Below are positions 23,567-35,085 of a DNA stretch of 64,000 bases, in pieces. The notes under the pieces were generated by a model, which made no database searches, was not told the DNA's origin, and saw nothing but the letters and a program-made list of their open reading frames with translations. The position numbers were made by a program, and so were the translations under genes. This DNA comes from Felis catus (lineage: Eukaryota): NCBI RefSeq assembly GCF_018350175.1, contig NC_058383.1, positions 19,656,001 through 19,720,000 on the forward strand, written 5' to 3'. Numbering within the stretch: position 1 is the stretch's first letter; every line of letters begins with the position of its first letter.

Positions 23567-23675
23567 GGGAATTCTGCATTTCACGTGAAATCCGCCAAGA
23601 GCAATGGCAGGGGGGGTTGGGGGCAGGTGTAGGCATTGCTTCACTGACACAGGTTTGTTCCTGCCTAGAAAAGCT

Positions 23676-23930
23676 TGCACACACGTTCACACCCACCCTC
23701 ACACCCACTCACTCACATTCTCCAAACACGTTCACGTGCATACATTCACACTCACGTACTCACACATCCACTCGCACACCTGCACACATTCATACCCTTC
23801 CACGTACACTCACTCACCCACCCATATGTTCACAGTGACTCACACTCATTCACACACTCCACGTGTTCACAGGGGTGCACACTCACACGGCCACACGCAT
23901 TCACACCCACACCCAGGGACTCAAACTCAT
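23676..23930. repeat. Degenerate (CA)-rich low-complexity repeat
   Basis: CACACTCA/CACACG units. Confidence 0.85.
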
Positions 23931-24135
23931 ATACAGCTGACCCTTGAATGACATGGGGGGTTAGGGGTGCAGACCCCGGGGCAGTAGAAAATCTACATGC
24001 AACTTTGACTCCCCAAAAACGTAACTCCTAATAGCCTACTGTTGACCAAATCTTACAGATAACACAGTTGATTAAACCATATTTTCCATGTTGTACAGTA
24101 TTAGATACTGTATTTTTAGAATACAGGAAGCTAGA

Positions 24136-24330
24136 GGGGCACCTGGGGGGCTCAGGTGGTTAAGTGTCTGGTTCCTGATTTCGGTTCAGGTCATGATCTT
24201 ATGGTTCGTGGGTTCGAGCCCTGTGTCAGGCTCTGGGCTGACAGGGTGGAGCCTGCTTGGGATTCTCTCTCTCTCTCCCTCTCTCTGCCCTTCCTCCGTG
24301 CTCTCTCTCTCTCAAAATAAATAGACATTT
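24136..24330 (+). mobile_element. Carnivore SINE
   Basis: Consensus match. Confidence 0.93.
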
Positions 24331-24344
24331 TTTAAAAGCTTTCA

Positions 24345-24753
24345 AAAAAATTTTTTTTAATATTTATTTTTGAGAGAGACAGAGCATGAGCGGGGGAGGG
24401 GCAGAGAGAGAGGGAGACACAGAATCACAAGCAGGCTCCAGGCTCCGAGCTGTCAGCACAGAGCCCAACGCGGGGCTCGAACCCACGAGCTGTAAGATCA
24501 AGACCTGAGCCGAAGTCGGACGCTTAACCGACTGAGCCACCCAGGCGCCCCATAAGTTTATGTATTTTTTGAGCGAGAGAGAGAGAGAGCACAAGCGGGG
24601 AAGGGGGCAGAGAGAGGCACACAGAATCCGAAGCAGGCTCCAGGCTCTGAGCTGTCAGCCCAGAGCCCGACGTGGGGCTTGAACCCACGAACCACAAGAT
24701 CATGACCTGCGCTGAAGTCGGATGCTCAACCGACTGAGCCACCCAGGCACCCA
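24345..24753 (-). mobile_element. Two tandem carnivore SINEs (24345-24550, 24552-24753)
   Basis: Two complete reverse-strand copies flanked by AAAAGCTTT on both sides. Confidence 0.93.
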
Positions 24754-26044
24754 CAAAAGCTTTTAATAAAAATAATAATAATAATAAAGTAAGCTAGAGT
24801 AAAGAAAATGTTATTAAGAAAGTCATAAGGAAGGGACAGCCTGGGTGACTCAGTCAGTTGAGCGCCTGACTCTTGATCTCGGGGCCTGTGCCGTCTGCCC
24901 TTCCACACTCCCAACTTGGCTCCCACCCTGTTTTCTGCGGTTTTAAGTCAACCTCACTCTTCAATTGTCGCCAAAACACCTGCCTCCGCAGACCAAGTCC
25001 ACCACTTACTGACTGTGGAACTCTGGGCCGCAGGGTCACCGTCCCTGTGCCTCAACTTCCACATCTGCCAAGTGGGATCCCGAGGGGCTGCTTCCTGGGG
25101 CCAGGTGAGGGGAAATGCCAAAAGGCCCGTGAAGTGCTTGCAACGATGCCCCGCACGTAGTAGGTGCTCAGTGAATGTTCCTAACAGAACGAAGATGAAA
25201 ATGGGGCTTTTCCCTCAGCCTGTTTCTTCCTTGGGAAATGGGGGTGAAAACACTGGAAAGACAGGGAAGGTCACACCACATGGGGTCCTCCGTGAAGGCT
25301 TCGGGGGAAATCGGGGGAAGGGAACACGGGAATTCTTTGGACGATTCTCGCCACCTGCCTGTAAGTCTGAAATGATGTCAAAATAGGAGTTAAAGAGAAC
25401 AGGGAATTGTCGTGAGGCCCCAGAGGCAATAAATGGGAAGCTTGTCACTTTGCATACGGTTTCATTATTCAAATTCACCTGCCCTGCGCTATGCAGCCTT
25501 TATCGGCTCTGTGTCAGGCCTAGGGAGGAGCCTGGAGACCCCCAAATAATAAAAACCCAGTCCCTTCACCCAGGGGGTTCCCAACTGTGGCTTCAATACA
25601 AATTCAGCTCACATCGCATCGTAACTCACTTGTCTTAAGCCCATCTCTCAGGTTTTAAAGGAGTAGTAAAGGTGAATAAAATTGTTCAATAAGAGGTGTA
25701 GATTTACAGAAAAACGGGTAGCGCAGACCGGTCCCACACACCTCCCTTCCATGAGCACGACTTCCCCTGTTACTAGCGTCTTGCCTTAATGTGGTGTATT
25801 TGTTCCGGTTAGTGACCGATATTTACGCAGTTGTTATTAACTAAAGTCTGCAGTTTACGTCACGGTTCACTCACTCCTGTACACTTTTGACAAAATTGGG
25901 TTTGGACAAATGCGCGATGACTTGTGTCTGCCAGGATAGAGCAACGTGAACCTTGGAAGCCACTGATCTATTTACTGTTCCTGTTTAGTTTTCCGCACTT
26001 AGAATACGCTTTTAGGATTCCTCCTTGTCTTTGGGGGGCTTGAT

Positions 26045-26146
26045 GGTTTTCTTTTTCTTTTTTTCTTTCTTTCCTTCTCTTTCTTTTTCTTTTTCTCTTT
26101 CTTTTTCTTTTTCTTTTTCTCCTTCGTTCTCTTTTTCTTTTTCTTT
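26045..26146. repeat. (TTTTTC)n pyrimidine microsatellite
   Basis: Direct inspection. Confidence 0.9.
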
Positions 26147-26499
26147 CAGCACTGAATACTATTCCGTCGTCTGGATGTACCACATTTTATCCAAATCAGT
26201 CTTGGGCAGTTAGGAATGAAGCTGCTTCAAGCCCTTGTGCGCAAGTTTTGTGTGGACATGCTTTCAACTCCTTTGGGCAAATACAGAGGAGTGCAATTGC
26301 TGGATCACGTGGTTAGAGAATGTTTCGTTTTGTACAAAACTTTCAAACGCTTTCCCAGAGTGTCCCTACCGGTGTGCATTTCCAGCAGCGATGAACGAGG
26401 CTTCTGCTGCTTTGCATTCTTGCCAGCATTTGGTGTGGTCAGAGTTTTTGCATTTTAGCTCGTCTGGTAGATGTGTACTGGCATATTGTTATTTTTAAA

Positions 26500-27076
26500 A
26501 ACAATTTTAATGTTTATTTATTTTTGAGAGAGAGAGCGAGAGAGCGAGCCAAGCAGGGGAGAGGCAGAGAGAGAGGGAGACACAGAATCTGAAGCAGGCT
26601 CCAGGCTCTGAGCTGTCAGCACAGAACCCGAGCAGGGCTCGAACCCCTGAATGGCGACTTTGTGACCTGAGCCATAGCCAGACGCCTAACCAGCTGAGCC
26701 ACTGAGCGCCCCCTATCATTGTCATTTTAATTTGCAATTCCCCTAAGGACATACTGTGTGGAGCATATTTTAATATGCTTATTTTTCATCTCTTAGGTTA
26801 CTGATTTTAGAGTTTGCTTTATTTCGGGGCACCTGGGTGGCTCAGTAGGTTGGGGGACAGACTTCAGCTCAGGTCATGATCTCATGTTCCGTTAGTTTGA
26901 GTCCCATGTTGGGCTCTGTGCTGACTGCTCAGAGCCTGGAGCCTGCTTTGGATTCTGTGTCTCCCTCTCTTGTGTTCTATCAAAAATTAATAAACATTTT
27001 TAAAAATCTAGTTTTATTTCTTTTTTTTTAAATTTAGAATGTGAGGGGGGGTGCTGGGGAGAAGGGCAGAAGGGGG

Positions 27077-27126
<50 letters not shown>

Positions 27127-27580
27127 CTTAAGCAGGCTCCACGCTAAGCATGGGCTCGATCCCACAATCCTGGGACCATGATCTGATCTGAAATCAACAG
27201 TCGGATGCTCAACTGACTGAACCACCCAGCGCCCCAAGGTTTCTTAAGTTCTAGTATCTGTGTTCAATGCTATAGATTTCCCTCTAAGCACCTCTTTCAC
27301 CACACCTCACAAATTTCGATAAGTTATGTTTTTATTTTCATTTATTTAAAAATATTTCAGGGGCACCTGGGTGGCTCTCAGTTGGTTAAGTGTCCGACTC
27401 TTGATTTCAGCTCAGGTCATGATCTCAGTCGTGAGACTAAGCCCTGCATCGGGCTCTATGCTGACAGTGTGGAGCATGCTTGGGATTCCCTCTCTCTCTC
27501 TCTCTCTCTGCCCTTTACCACTCATGATTGTTCTCTCTCTCTCTCTCTCAAAATAAATAAACTTTAAACAATAAAAATAA
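26500..27580. mobile_element. Cluster of four SINEs in alternating orientation (26500-26713 -, 26826-27000 +, 27020-27234 -, 27360-27580 +)
   Basis: Consensus matches. Confidence 0.9.
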
Positions 27581-28301
27581 AATACTTAAAAAATTTCTTC
27601 TCTGATGTATTCTTTGATCTATGTGTGCTTTTTCTTCTCCAATTATTTTGGGATTTTCCAGGTTGCTTTCTATTCTTGATTTCTAGTTTAATTCCGTTGT
27701 AGACTAAGTATGTATTTTATATGATTTCTAATCTTTTAAATTTGTTACAGTTATTTTACAGTCTAAACTGTGGTCTGTCTTGGTGAATGTTCCATGTGAG
27801 CTTAGAAGAAAGTATAATCTTCTGTTGTTAAGTTATGTGAATGTCCATTAGATTCAGTTGACTGATAATGCTGTTCGATTTAGCTATATGCTTACTGAGT
27901 TTTGCTTAATGGATCTGTCAATCACTAAAAAAAAAAAAAAAAGGTGTTGAAGTCTCCAACTTCCAATATTATTAATATCCAATGATATTATTACCCAAAT
28001 AATAGTGGATTTGTCTATTTCTCCTTGCCGTTCTATCAGTTTTGCCTTATGTATTTTGACACTCTGTTGTTAGGTGCATATACATTAAGGGCTGTTATGT
28101 CTTCTTGGAGAATGGACCCTTTTATCATTTTATAATTTCCTCTTTAATCCCTGCTACTATTCCTTGTGCTGAAGTCTGCTTTGTCTGAAGTTAATACGGC
28201 TACTCCAGCTTTCTTTTGATTAATGTTAGCATGGTATACCTTTCTTTACCCCATTAGTTTTCATTTAAGCGCATGTATACAATTAAGATGGGTTTCTTGT
28301 A

Positions 28302-28510
28302 GGGGCACGTGGATGGCTCAGTCAGTTAAGCATTCAACTTTGGCTCAGGTCATGATCTCACAGTTCGCAAGTTCAAGCCCTGTGTCAGGCTCTGCGGACA
28401 GCTCAGAGGCTGGAGTCTGGAGCCTGCTTCAGATTCTGTGACTCCCTCTTTCTCTTCCCCTCCCCCCCTTACACTCTCTCTCTCTCAAAAATAAACATAA
28501 AAAAAAATTT
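28302..28510 (+). mobile_element. Carnivore SINE
   Basis: TSD ATGGGTTTCTTGTAG on both sides. Confidence 0.93.
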
Positions 28511-29254
28511 TTAATGGGTTTCTTGTAGACAGAATGCAGTTGGGTCTTACTTTTTAAGCCACTCTGACAGTCTCTATATTTTAGTTGGTGTATTTAAACT
28601 ATTCAACTTTAAAATGTTTATCAGTATAATTGGGCTAATATCTAGCTTGTTGGTAACTGCTTTGTATTCATTGCACGTTTTCTTTGTTTCTTAAAAAACG
28701 TGCTCTTTTTCTGATGTTTCTGGTCTTCACTGAGCATTTTATAGAATTACGTTTTCTCTCCTCTCTTAACATATAAATTATACTTCTTTTTTTTTTTAAA
28801 GTTTACTGATTGTCATAGAGGTTGCAATATGTATTTACAACGTAATCTAAATTTATTTTCGAGCAACACTGTTGTGTTACAGGTACTACAAAGTTTTCCC
28901 AATTCCTCCCTCCCATTCCCTGTAACTTCGCTGCCATTCATTTCACTTATTCGTATGTTATAATCACCCAACATGATTATTACTTTGAATAGCTATATAT
29001 CACATCAGTTCAGGGTTTTTCGTACAATTCCATTTTTATTTTCCTTAACTTATCTCTTCTCTGACACTCTTCTTCATGTAGACCTGAGTTTCTAGCATTA
29101 TTTTCTCTCTCCAAAGAACTTCTTTTAACAATTCTTGGGAGGCAGGTCTATTGGCCACAAATTTCCTTGGTTTTTGTTTGTTTGAGAACATCTCCTTCAC
29201 TTTTGAGGGGTAATTTCACTGGATGCTAAATTCTAGGTTGGTGGCTTTTATCTT

Positions 29255-29495
29255 TTGGTTTTTTTTAGTGTTTATTTATTTATTTATTTTGAGAGAGAGG
29301 GTGAGAGAGTGATAGCATGCACTCGAGCGGGGGCAGGGGCGGGGCGGGGGGGGGGCGGCGGAGAGAGAATCCCAAGCAGGCTCCACACTGTCAGCCCTGA
29401 GCCTGACTCCGGGCTCAGTCTCACGAACCGTGAGATCACGACCTGAGCGGAAATCAAGAGTCGGAGGCTTAACCAACTGAGCCACCCAGGTGCCC
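29255..29495 (-). mobile_element. Carnivore SINE
   Basis: Consensus match. Confidence 0.92.
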
Positions 29496-31695
29496 TGGTG
29501 GTTTTCTCTTTCAGTACTTTGAATACTTCATCCCACTCTCTTCTTGCTAGCCTGGTTTTGACAAAAAGTCTGTTTCTTTATAGATAAGGGGTTTTCCCCC
29601 CCGCACTTGCTCCTTTCAAGATTTCTTCTTTGTCTTTGGTTTTCTGCAGTTTGAATATGGTATGCCCAGGTACAGATCCTTTGATATTTATCTTGCGCCT
29701 GGTATTCTTTAAGCTTCCTGGATCTGTTCTGCAGTGTTTGTCGTTAGCGTAGAAAATTCTCCACCACTGTCACTTCAAATACTCCTTCTGTTCCTTTCTC
29801 ATTTTCTTCCCCTTCTGGTTTTCCCATTACGCACATGCAGCGCCTTTTCAGTGGCACCACAGTCCTTGCATATTTTCTCCCTTTTTTTTTTTTCTTTTGT
29901 CATTCTTTTTCTGTCTGCATTTCAGTTTGGGAAGTGTCTGTTGACAAAACTTCAAGCTCACTGGGCTGTGTCCAGTCAACTCACGTGCCCGCTAAGACCG
30001 TTACTCGTATCCGTGTGGCGTATTTTTTTTTTTTTCCTGACGGTCCTTTCTGAATCTTCCATAGAGTGTCCTTTTCTGTGCTTCCACATCGTCTACTTTC
30101 TCTGTGAGGTCCTTTAATATATGCGTTTGTAGTTACCGTCTCATTAAGTCTCGAACCTGTATCCTCTCTGCCTCTGAGAGTTGCTTTGTCTTCTCAGGCT
30201 GTGTTTTTTTCTTGCCTTTCAGCGTATCTTGGCAACTTCTGTTGAAAGCCGGACCCGATATAGTGCATAATAGGAAACAAGATAATTAGGTTGCTAATGT
30301 GAGGTTAGTCTGGCGAGAAGCTGGCTGTGTTTGATATTTGCTGTAGCTGTAGGTCCTGAAGGCTTTTGTTTTCTCTAGTTTCCTTTTTTTTTTTTTTTAA
30401 CCCTCTGTGGTCTTTGGGTTTCCCTAAGAACTCCTTAGTAAATAAAATCACTGTCTTTCTATTCTCAGTTGTACTCCACCGGTACACCGGAGCCCGTGGA
30501 TAGGGTGGCAGGGCGTCAGAGGAGAAGCCATCTATCATACTGTTACTGGATCTCCGTTTTGTAGGACCTGAGTTCCCAGTCTGACCTTCAGAAGCATTTC
30601 TTAGACTTTTTTTTTTTTTCTTGCCTTACCAGAGATGGGAAGGCTAGATGAGGCTGAAGTTGTCTTAATTTCCCCTTTCTCAGCTCAGATGTGGCTCTGG
30701 AAGCCTCCCTGAGAGGGCGGGCCTTTGTTATGGAGAATGCTTTCTGCGTATTTTAGAAGGGTTACTTCCCCCTCTCCCTACCCCCAAACAGGAGGGGATT
30801 TCTGTCTGGTATTAACTGAGAATGTGCGAGGCTCCTCGAAGTAAAATCTATGAAAGTAGGGGGTCCTTCTAAGACTGGGCCCCCAGGATTTATCTCCCGA
30901 GCTAGTTTGCAGTCGACTTCCTGGAGTTTATCAGAATTATCATGTAAGTGTTCCTACCGATTATTAGCTAAGGTGGTTTCTGCACCTGCTAAGCTGGTCT
31001 TCTTAGCTGTGAATCTCTGTGTTCACCTTGTCTCTCCAGATTTCGGGGTGGCGGCACGCCCCATGACCTCCATTCCCGGAAGGGTCTACGGAAAGTCCTC
31101 GGTCTTCACTTTGTTCAACTTCTCTCCTGTGAGGGTGGCAGCGATGATGTCCAAGCGCTTTCCGTGGCTGAGACTCCGAGTCCTGTCCTCCAAGTTCTAA
31201 ACCTCGTTGCCTTCCTTTGTTTTCCCTGGAAGCAGACTCTGAGACTAGGATTCTCATGCCAGCAACTTATCTCCACGGCGGTCCCAGGAAAACCCGAGAG
31301 AGGTATGGGAAGCACGACTGGGAAGGGAAAGAGTGAACACAGTCTGCATCACTAAGTAGGCAGTCCCTGTGGCCAACTGAGGCTTAGCTGTGCCGCAGAA
31401 CTCTTGGAAGAGGGGACCGAGCACGGCAAAGTCATCTCACCAAGGGGGAGGGAGCTGGGGTATTTATACGCCTCCTCCTCCCAGTCATTCGCCCAGAGCC
31501 CCAGAGGGTGGAAGTAGGAGAAGGAGCAGACGGGGTGCTGAGCAGGCTCCAAAAGCCAGGAGACAAGCCCCCAGGCAAAGAGCTGTGGGTGCTGGAGGTC
31601 AGAGGTCAGGAGGTGGCAAGGCTGACTGGACCAAGGCCAAGGCGGGAGGAGAGTAACTGCCACAGGGTTGCTCTGCCTCTAGAATGAGGAATACT

Positions 31696-31915
31696 GGGGT
31701 CCGTGGGCGGCTCAGTCAGTTACACAGCCGACTTCAGCTCAGGTCCCGATCTCGCGGTTTGTGAGTTCGAGCCCCGCGTCGGACTCCGTGCTGACGGCTC
31801 GGAGCCTGGAGCCTGCTTTGGATTCTGCGTCTCCCTCTCTCTCTGCTCCTCCCCCGCTCGCGCTCTGTCTCTCTGTCTCTCTCTCCCAAAAATAAACACT
31901 AAAAAAGTTCAAATT
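31696..31915 (+). mobile_element. Carnivore SINE
   Basis: Consensus match; TSD AATGAGGAAT(T)ACT. Confidence 0.92.
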
Positions 31916-32089
31916 AAATGAGGAATTACTTCCTTTGCTGAGCAGACCCCACTCTGATTCTTTGGAGAGCAAACCGCTGTAAGTTTTAGGATCTGAAGAG
32001 AGAAAAGCGTTTTGAAGCATTGGTCAGCTGTCCTCTTAATTCTCCACCCAACGCAGTGCTTTACCGTCTGTTTTTTTTTTTCCTAGGTC

Positions 32090-33440
32090 TCTGTCATTGG
32101 TACGCAGATGTGACATTAAAACACGTCCAATTATTTCTCTCCCTCCCAAAAGATGGAGTCTAGTTCCCCTCTCCTACTCGTGACCTGGCCTCAGTGGGCC
32201 TCTCCTTTTTTCTTTCTTTCTTTTTTTTGATGTTTATTTATTTTTGAGAGACAGGGAGAAACCGAGTCAGAGCAGGGGAGGAGCAGAGAGAGGGGGAGAT
32301 ACAGAATTTGGAGCAGGCTCCAGGCTCTGAGCCCGATGTGGGGCACGAACCCGCGAACCGTGAGATCATGACCCGTGCCAAGGTCAGACGCTTAACCAGC
32401 CAAACCACCCAGGCGCCCCTCAGTGGGCCTCTTCTAAAATAAATAGGATGTGGTGGAAATAGGATGCAGTGACTTCTAAGGTCCTGCTTCTACTAGGAAT
32501 GCTCGCTCGCTCTCTCTCCCTCCTGCCCTCCTCTCCCTCCCTCCCTCCCTCTATCTCCCTCCCTCCCTCTCTTTCTCATAACTCACACCTTGGGATCCCT
32601 GAGCTGACACGAGGGAAGTCCAGTTACACTGGAGGGAGCATATGGGCCGTCCACATAGAGACACAGTGAGAAGCCCAGGGAGCCGCAGCTGTTTGGAACT
32701 TTCCAGATGTGAGCGAGCGAGTCATCAGCTGATTCCAGAGCCATCCCAGCTGACACCAAGGGGAACGGAGATGAGCTTAACTCACCAAACTCCGACAAAA
32801 CTGCAAAAATCGTGTGCAAAATAAATGTCGCTGTTGTTGTAACCTGTCGCCAAGCGGAGCAGAGACCCGCTGTCCCCACTGAGCCCTGCCAGACTGCAGA
32901 CTCATGGGGCGAAATAAATGCCACAAAATTTGGGGATAGCTTGGCACGCAGCCATAGTATCTCGACATATAACCGTGACACTCAACCCCCCACATTCTTC
33001 CTTGCTGATGGAACCCAGACTTTATCTGGGGGCAGCGATGTACCCTGCCTGATTCAGCCAGCCATGGCAATCCTATTCTAGCTTTGTCAGCCTCCTTTGT
33101 CCTGCGGGGGCAGGGCGGGGGGCGGGGGGTAGGCTGAGTAACCCAGTTCTGCCGGTGAAACACAAGCGGGAGTCTGTGGGGAGGAAGCCTCTGGGGAAAT
33201 GTTAGCATTCCTGATGGCATTGGTCTTCCAGCTGCAACCACAGAACGTCTTGCCCCCGCGAGACAGGGGTCAAGACAACCACATTTGTGGGAGCCCTGAC
33301 ATCTGTGAACAAACTGGACTCCCGCAACAGCCAGTATCTGGAATTCTTGGAAGGTGAGAGGCAATTCACTGACATCTTCGAGCAGTTGAACTACACCAGC
33401 TGTGGCCAAGCTCCAGCCTGCCTTTACTAGGAGAAACTTG
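32090..33440. mobile_element. MaLR (MLT1-type) LTR relics
   Basis: GATGGAGTCTAGTTCCCCT, AGAGACCCGCTGTCCCCACTGAGCCCTGCCAGACTGCAGA, GGAACCCAGACTTT. Confidence 0.6.
32205..32419 (-). mobile_element. Carnivore SINE inserted in an MLT1 LTR
   Basis: TSD TCAGTGGGCCTCT. Confidence 0.92.
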
Positions 33441-33775
33441 AAACCTCTGTTTATGCTTTTCGTTGCCTGGTTTTGGGGGAGGAGGGGGTTGGTTTTCTGC
33501 CTGGTTTTGTTTTAGTTTTACAGGACGGCCCCTGTGGGATCGTTTCGAGAGTGAGAGCCGTCTGGAACCTCTGAGCTGGCGTGGCTCTTTGGTTTTGGCG
33601 GGTAAGGACGGAGGGAGAGCCAACAACCCTGAGCCAAGTTCTGTGGACATAGCCAGGAGACTGTGTCAAAGGGGCTGAGCGTTGGTCCTTTTGGCCGTCG
33701 CCTTTGGGGCAGGGTGACATCCAATCGTGCCCCAGTCGGGTGGTCTCCATAAACAAGCTTTCTCTAGAAGGGAAC

Positions 33776-33960
33776 AATGATGGTGATGGTGATGGTGGGG
33801 ATGACAGGTGTGGGGGGGGGCAGGGATGTTGATGACGATGTTGGTGGAGATGATGACGGTCGTTATAAAGGTGATGGTAAGTGGGGGCGACGGTAACGTC
33901 AATGATGATGTTGATGATGGTGGTGGGGATAATGATGGCGGTGGTGGCAATGACAGGATG
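33776..33960. repeat. Degenerate (GAT/GGT)n trinucleotide repeat
   Basis: Direct inspection. Confidence 0.85.
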
Positions 33961-33977
33961 CTATTAAGAGCCGATAC

Positions 33978-34195
33978 GGGGGCGCCTGGGTGGCGCAGTC
34001 GGTTAAGCGTCCGACTTCAGCCAGGTCACGATCTCGCGGTCCGTGAGTTCGAGCCCCGCGTCGGGCTCTGGGCTGATGGCTCGGAGCCTGGAGCCTGTTT
34101 CCGATTCTGTGTCTCCCTCTCTCTCTGCCCCTCGCCCGTTCATGCTCCGTCTCTCTCTGTCCCAAAAATAAATAAACGTTGAAAAAAAAAAATTT
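33978..34195 (+). mobile_element. Young Felis-type SINE (CpG intact), followed by an older SINE (34210-34392)
   Basis: CpG-rich near-consensus body; TSD TAAGAGCCGATAC/TAAGAACCGATAC. Confidence 0.95.
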
Positions 34196-34869
34196 AAGAA
34201 CCGATACGTACAGGGTGGCTCAGTCGGTTGAGCCTGTGACTCTTGATTTCGGCTCAGGTCACGGTCCCAGGGGTGTGGGATCGAGCCCCATGTGAGGCTC
34301 CATGTGTGAAGCCTGCTTTGGATTCTCTCTTTCCCTCTCCCTCTGCCCCTCCCACCCCCACCCCCGCACACACTCTCTCTCTTAAAAAAAAGACATTAGG
34401 GATTACATATGGAATTACCTCTTACAAAAGATCTTAGATAGTAGTGTAGCACTTTATGCCAGACCCTGTTGTAGCCCAATATACCTACATACTAATTCCG
34501 GAAGCTCTAGGACTTAGGTGCTATTAGTCCCTTTTTTAAAACAGGAGCAGAGAAGGTCAGTAACTTGCTCAAGATCTCGTAACTCGTCAGTGCTGAGCGT
34601 GCATGCCCTTTCTCGGAAGAGGGAACCATCTCCCAGGAGCCCAACAGACATTACGTACGCACTTTGTTGGTTGCAATGGTTATGATCTGTCATCTGGGAG
34701 GAATGTACACGGGGCTGAAGAACGATAGACTCCTTACTTCGCTGACTTCCTGGGGGGGGGAGGGGGAGGGAAAAGTCCTGAATTACCCTGGTCTTGGGGT
34801 GTCTTCATCCAGGCCACCACCACCAACCCAGCTGTCGGAGTTCACAAAGTTGAATCAATCTCTCTCTCC

Positions 34870-35085
34870 CCCCACAGCTCTATTGACATTTTGAACCGGA
34901 TAGCCCCCTGCCGTGGGCGGCTGTCCTGTGCATTGTAGAATATTCAGTGGCATGTTTGGCCTCTACTCACTAGATTCCAGAAACATCCTCCCAGCTGTGA
35001 CCATCATCATGTCTCCATATGTTGCCAAATGCCTCCTTGCTGGGGGAGGGGGAATCACGTGCCCCCCACTTTAGAACCCCGGGGT
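34870..35085. mobile_element. MER20 (hAT) relic
   Basis: CTATTGACATTTTG...CTGTCCTGTGCATTGTAGAATATT...GGCCTCTACTCACTAGAT...TTGCCAAATG. Confidence 0.85.

Larger units (their letters stand above)
23933..24835 (-). mobile_element. Tigger2-type (TcMar) DNA transposon fragment interrupted by three nested SINEs
   Basis: TA-CAGCTGACCCTTGAA terminal repeat at 23933; element resumes at ~24780 (AAAGTAAGCTAGAG...AAATGTTATTAAGAAA). Confidence 0.75.
25660..31200 (-). mobile_element. Large degenerate antisense L1 (3' UTR, ORF2 and ORF1/5' pieces) broken by SINEs
   Basis: T-rich; antisense ORF2 motifs such as GGTGTTGAAGTCTCCAAC, TTAGGTGCATATACATT, GCTACTCCAGCTTTCTTTTG. Confidence 0.75.

Noticed and set aside
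23604..23951. His/Thr-rich ORFs; likewise poly-His/Asp ORFs at 33666-34182 and Lys/Arg ORF at 25968-26183
   Set aside because: Translations of simple repeats
33978..34065. tRNA-like A/B boxes
   Set aside because: tRNA-derived SINE heads, not tRNA genes
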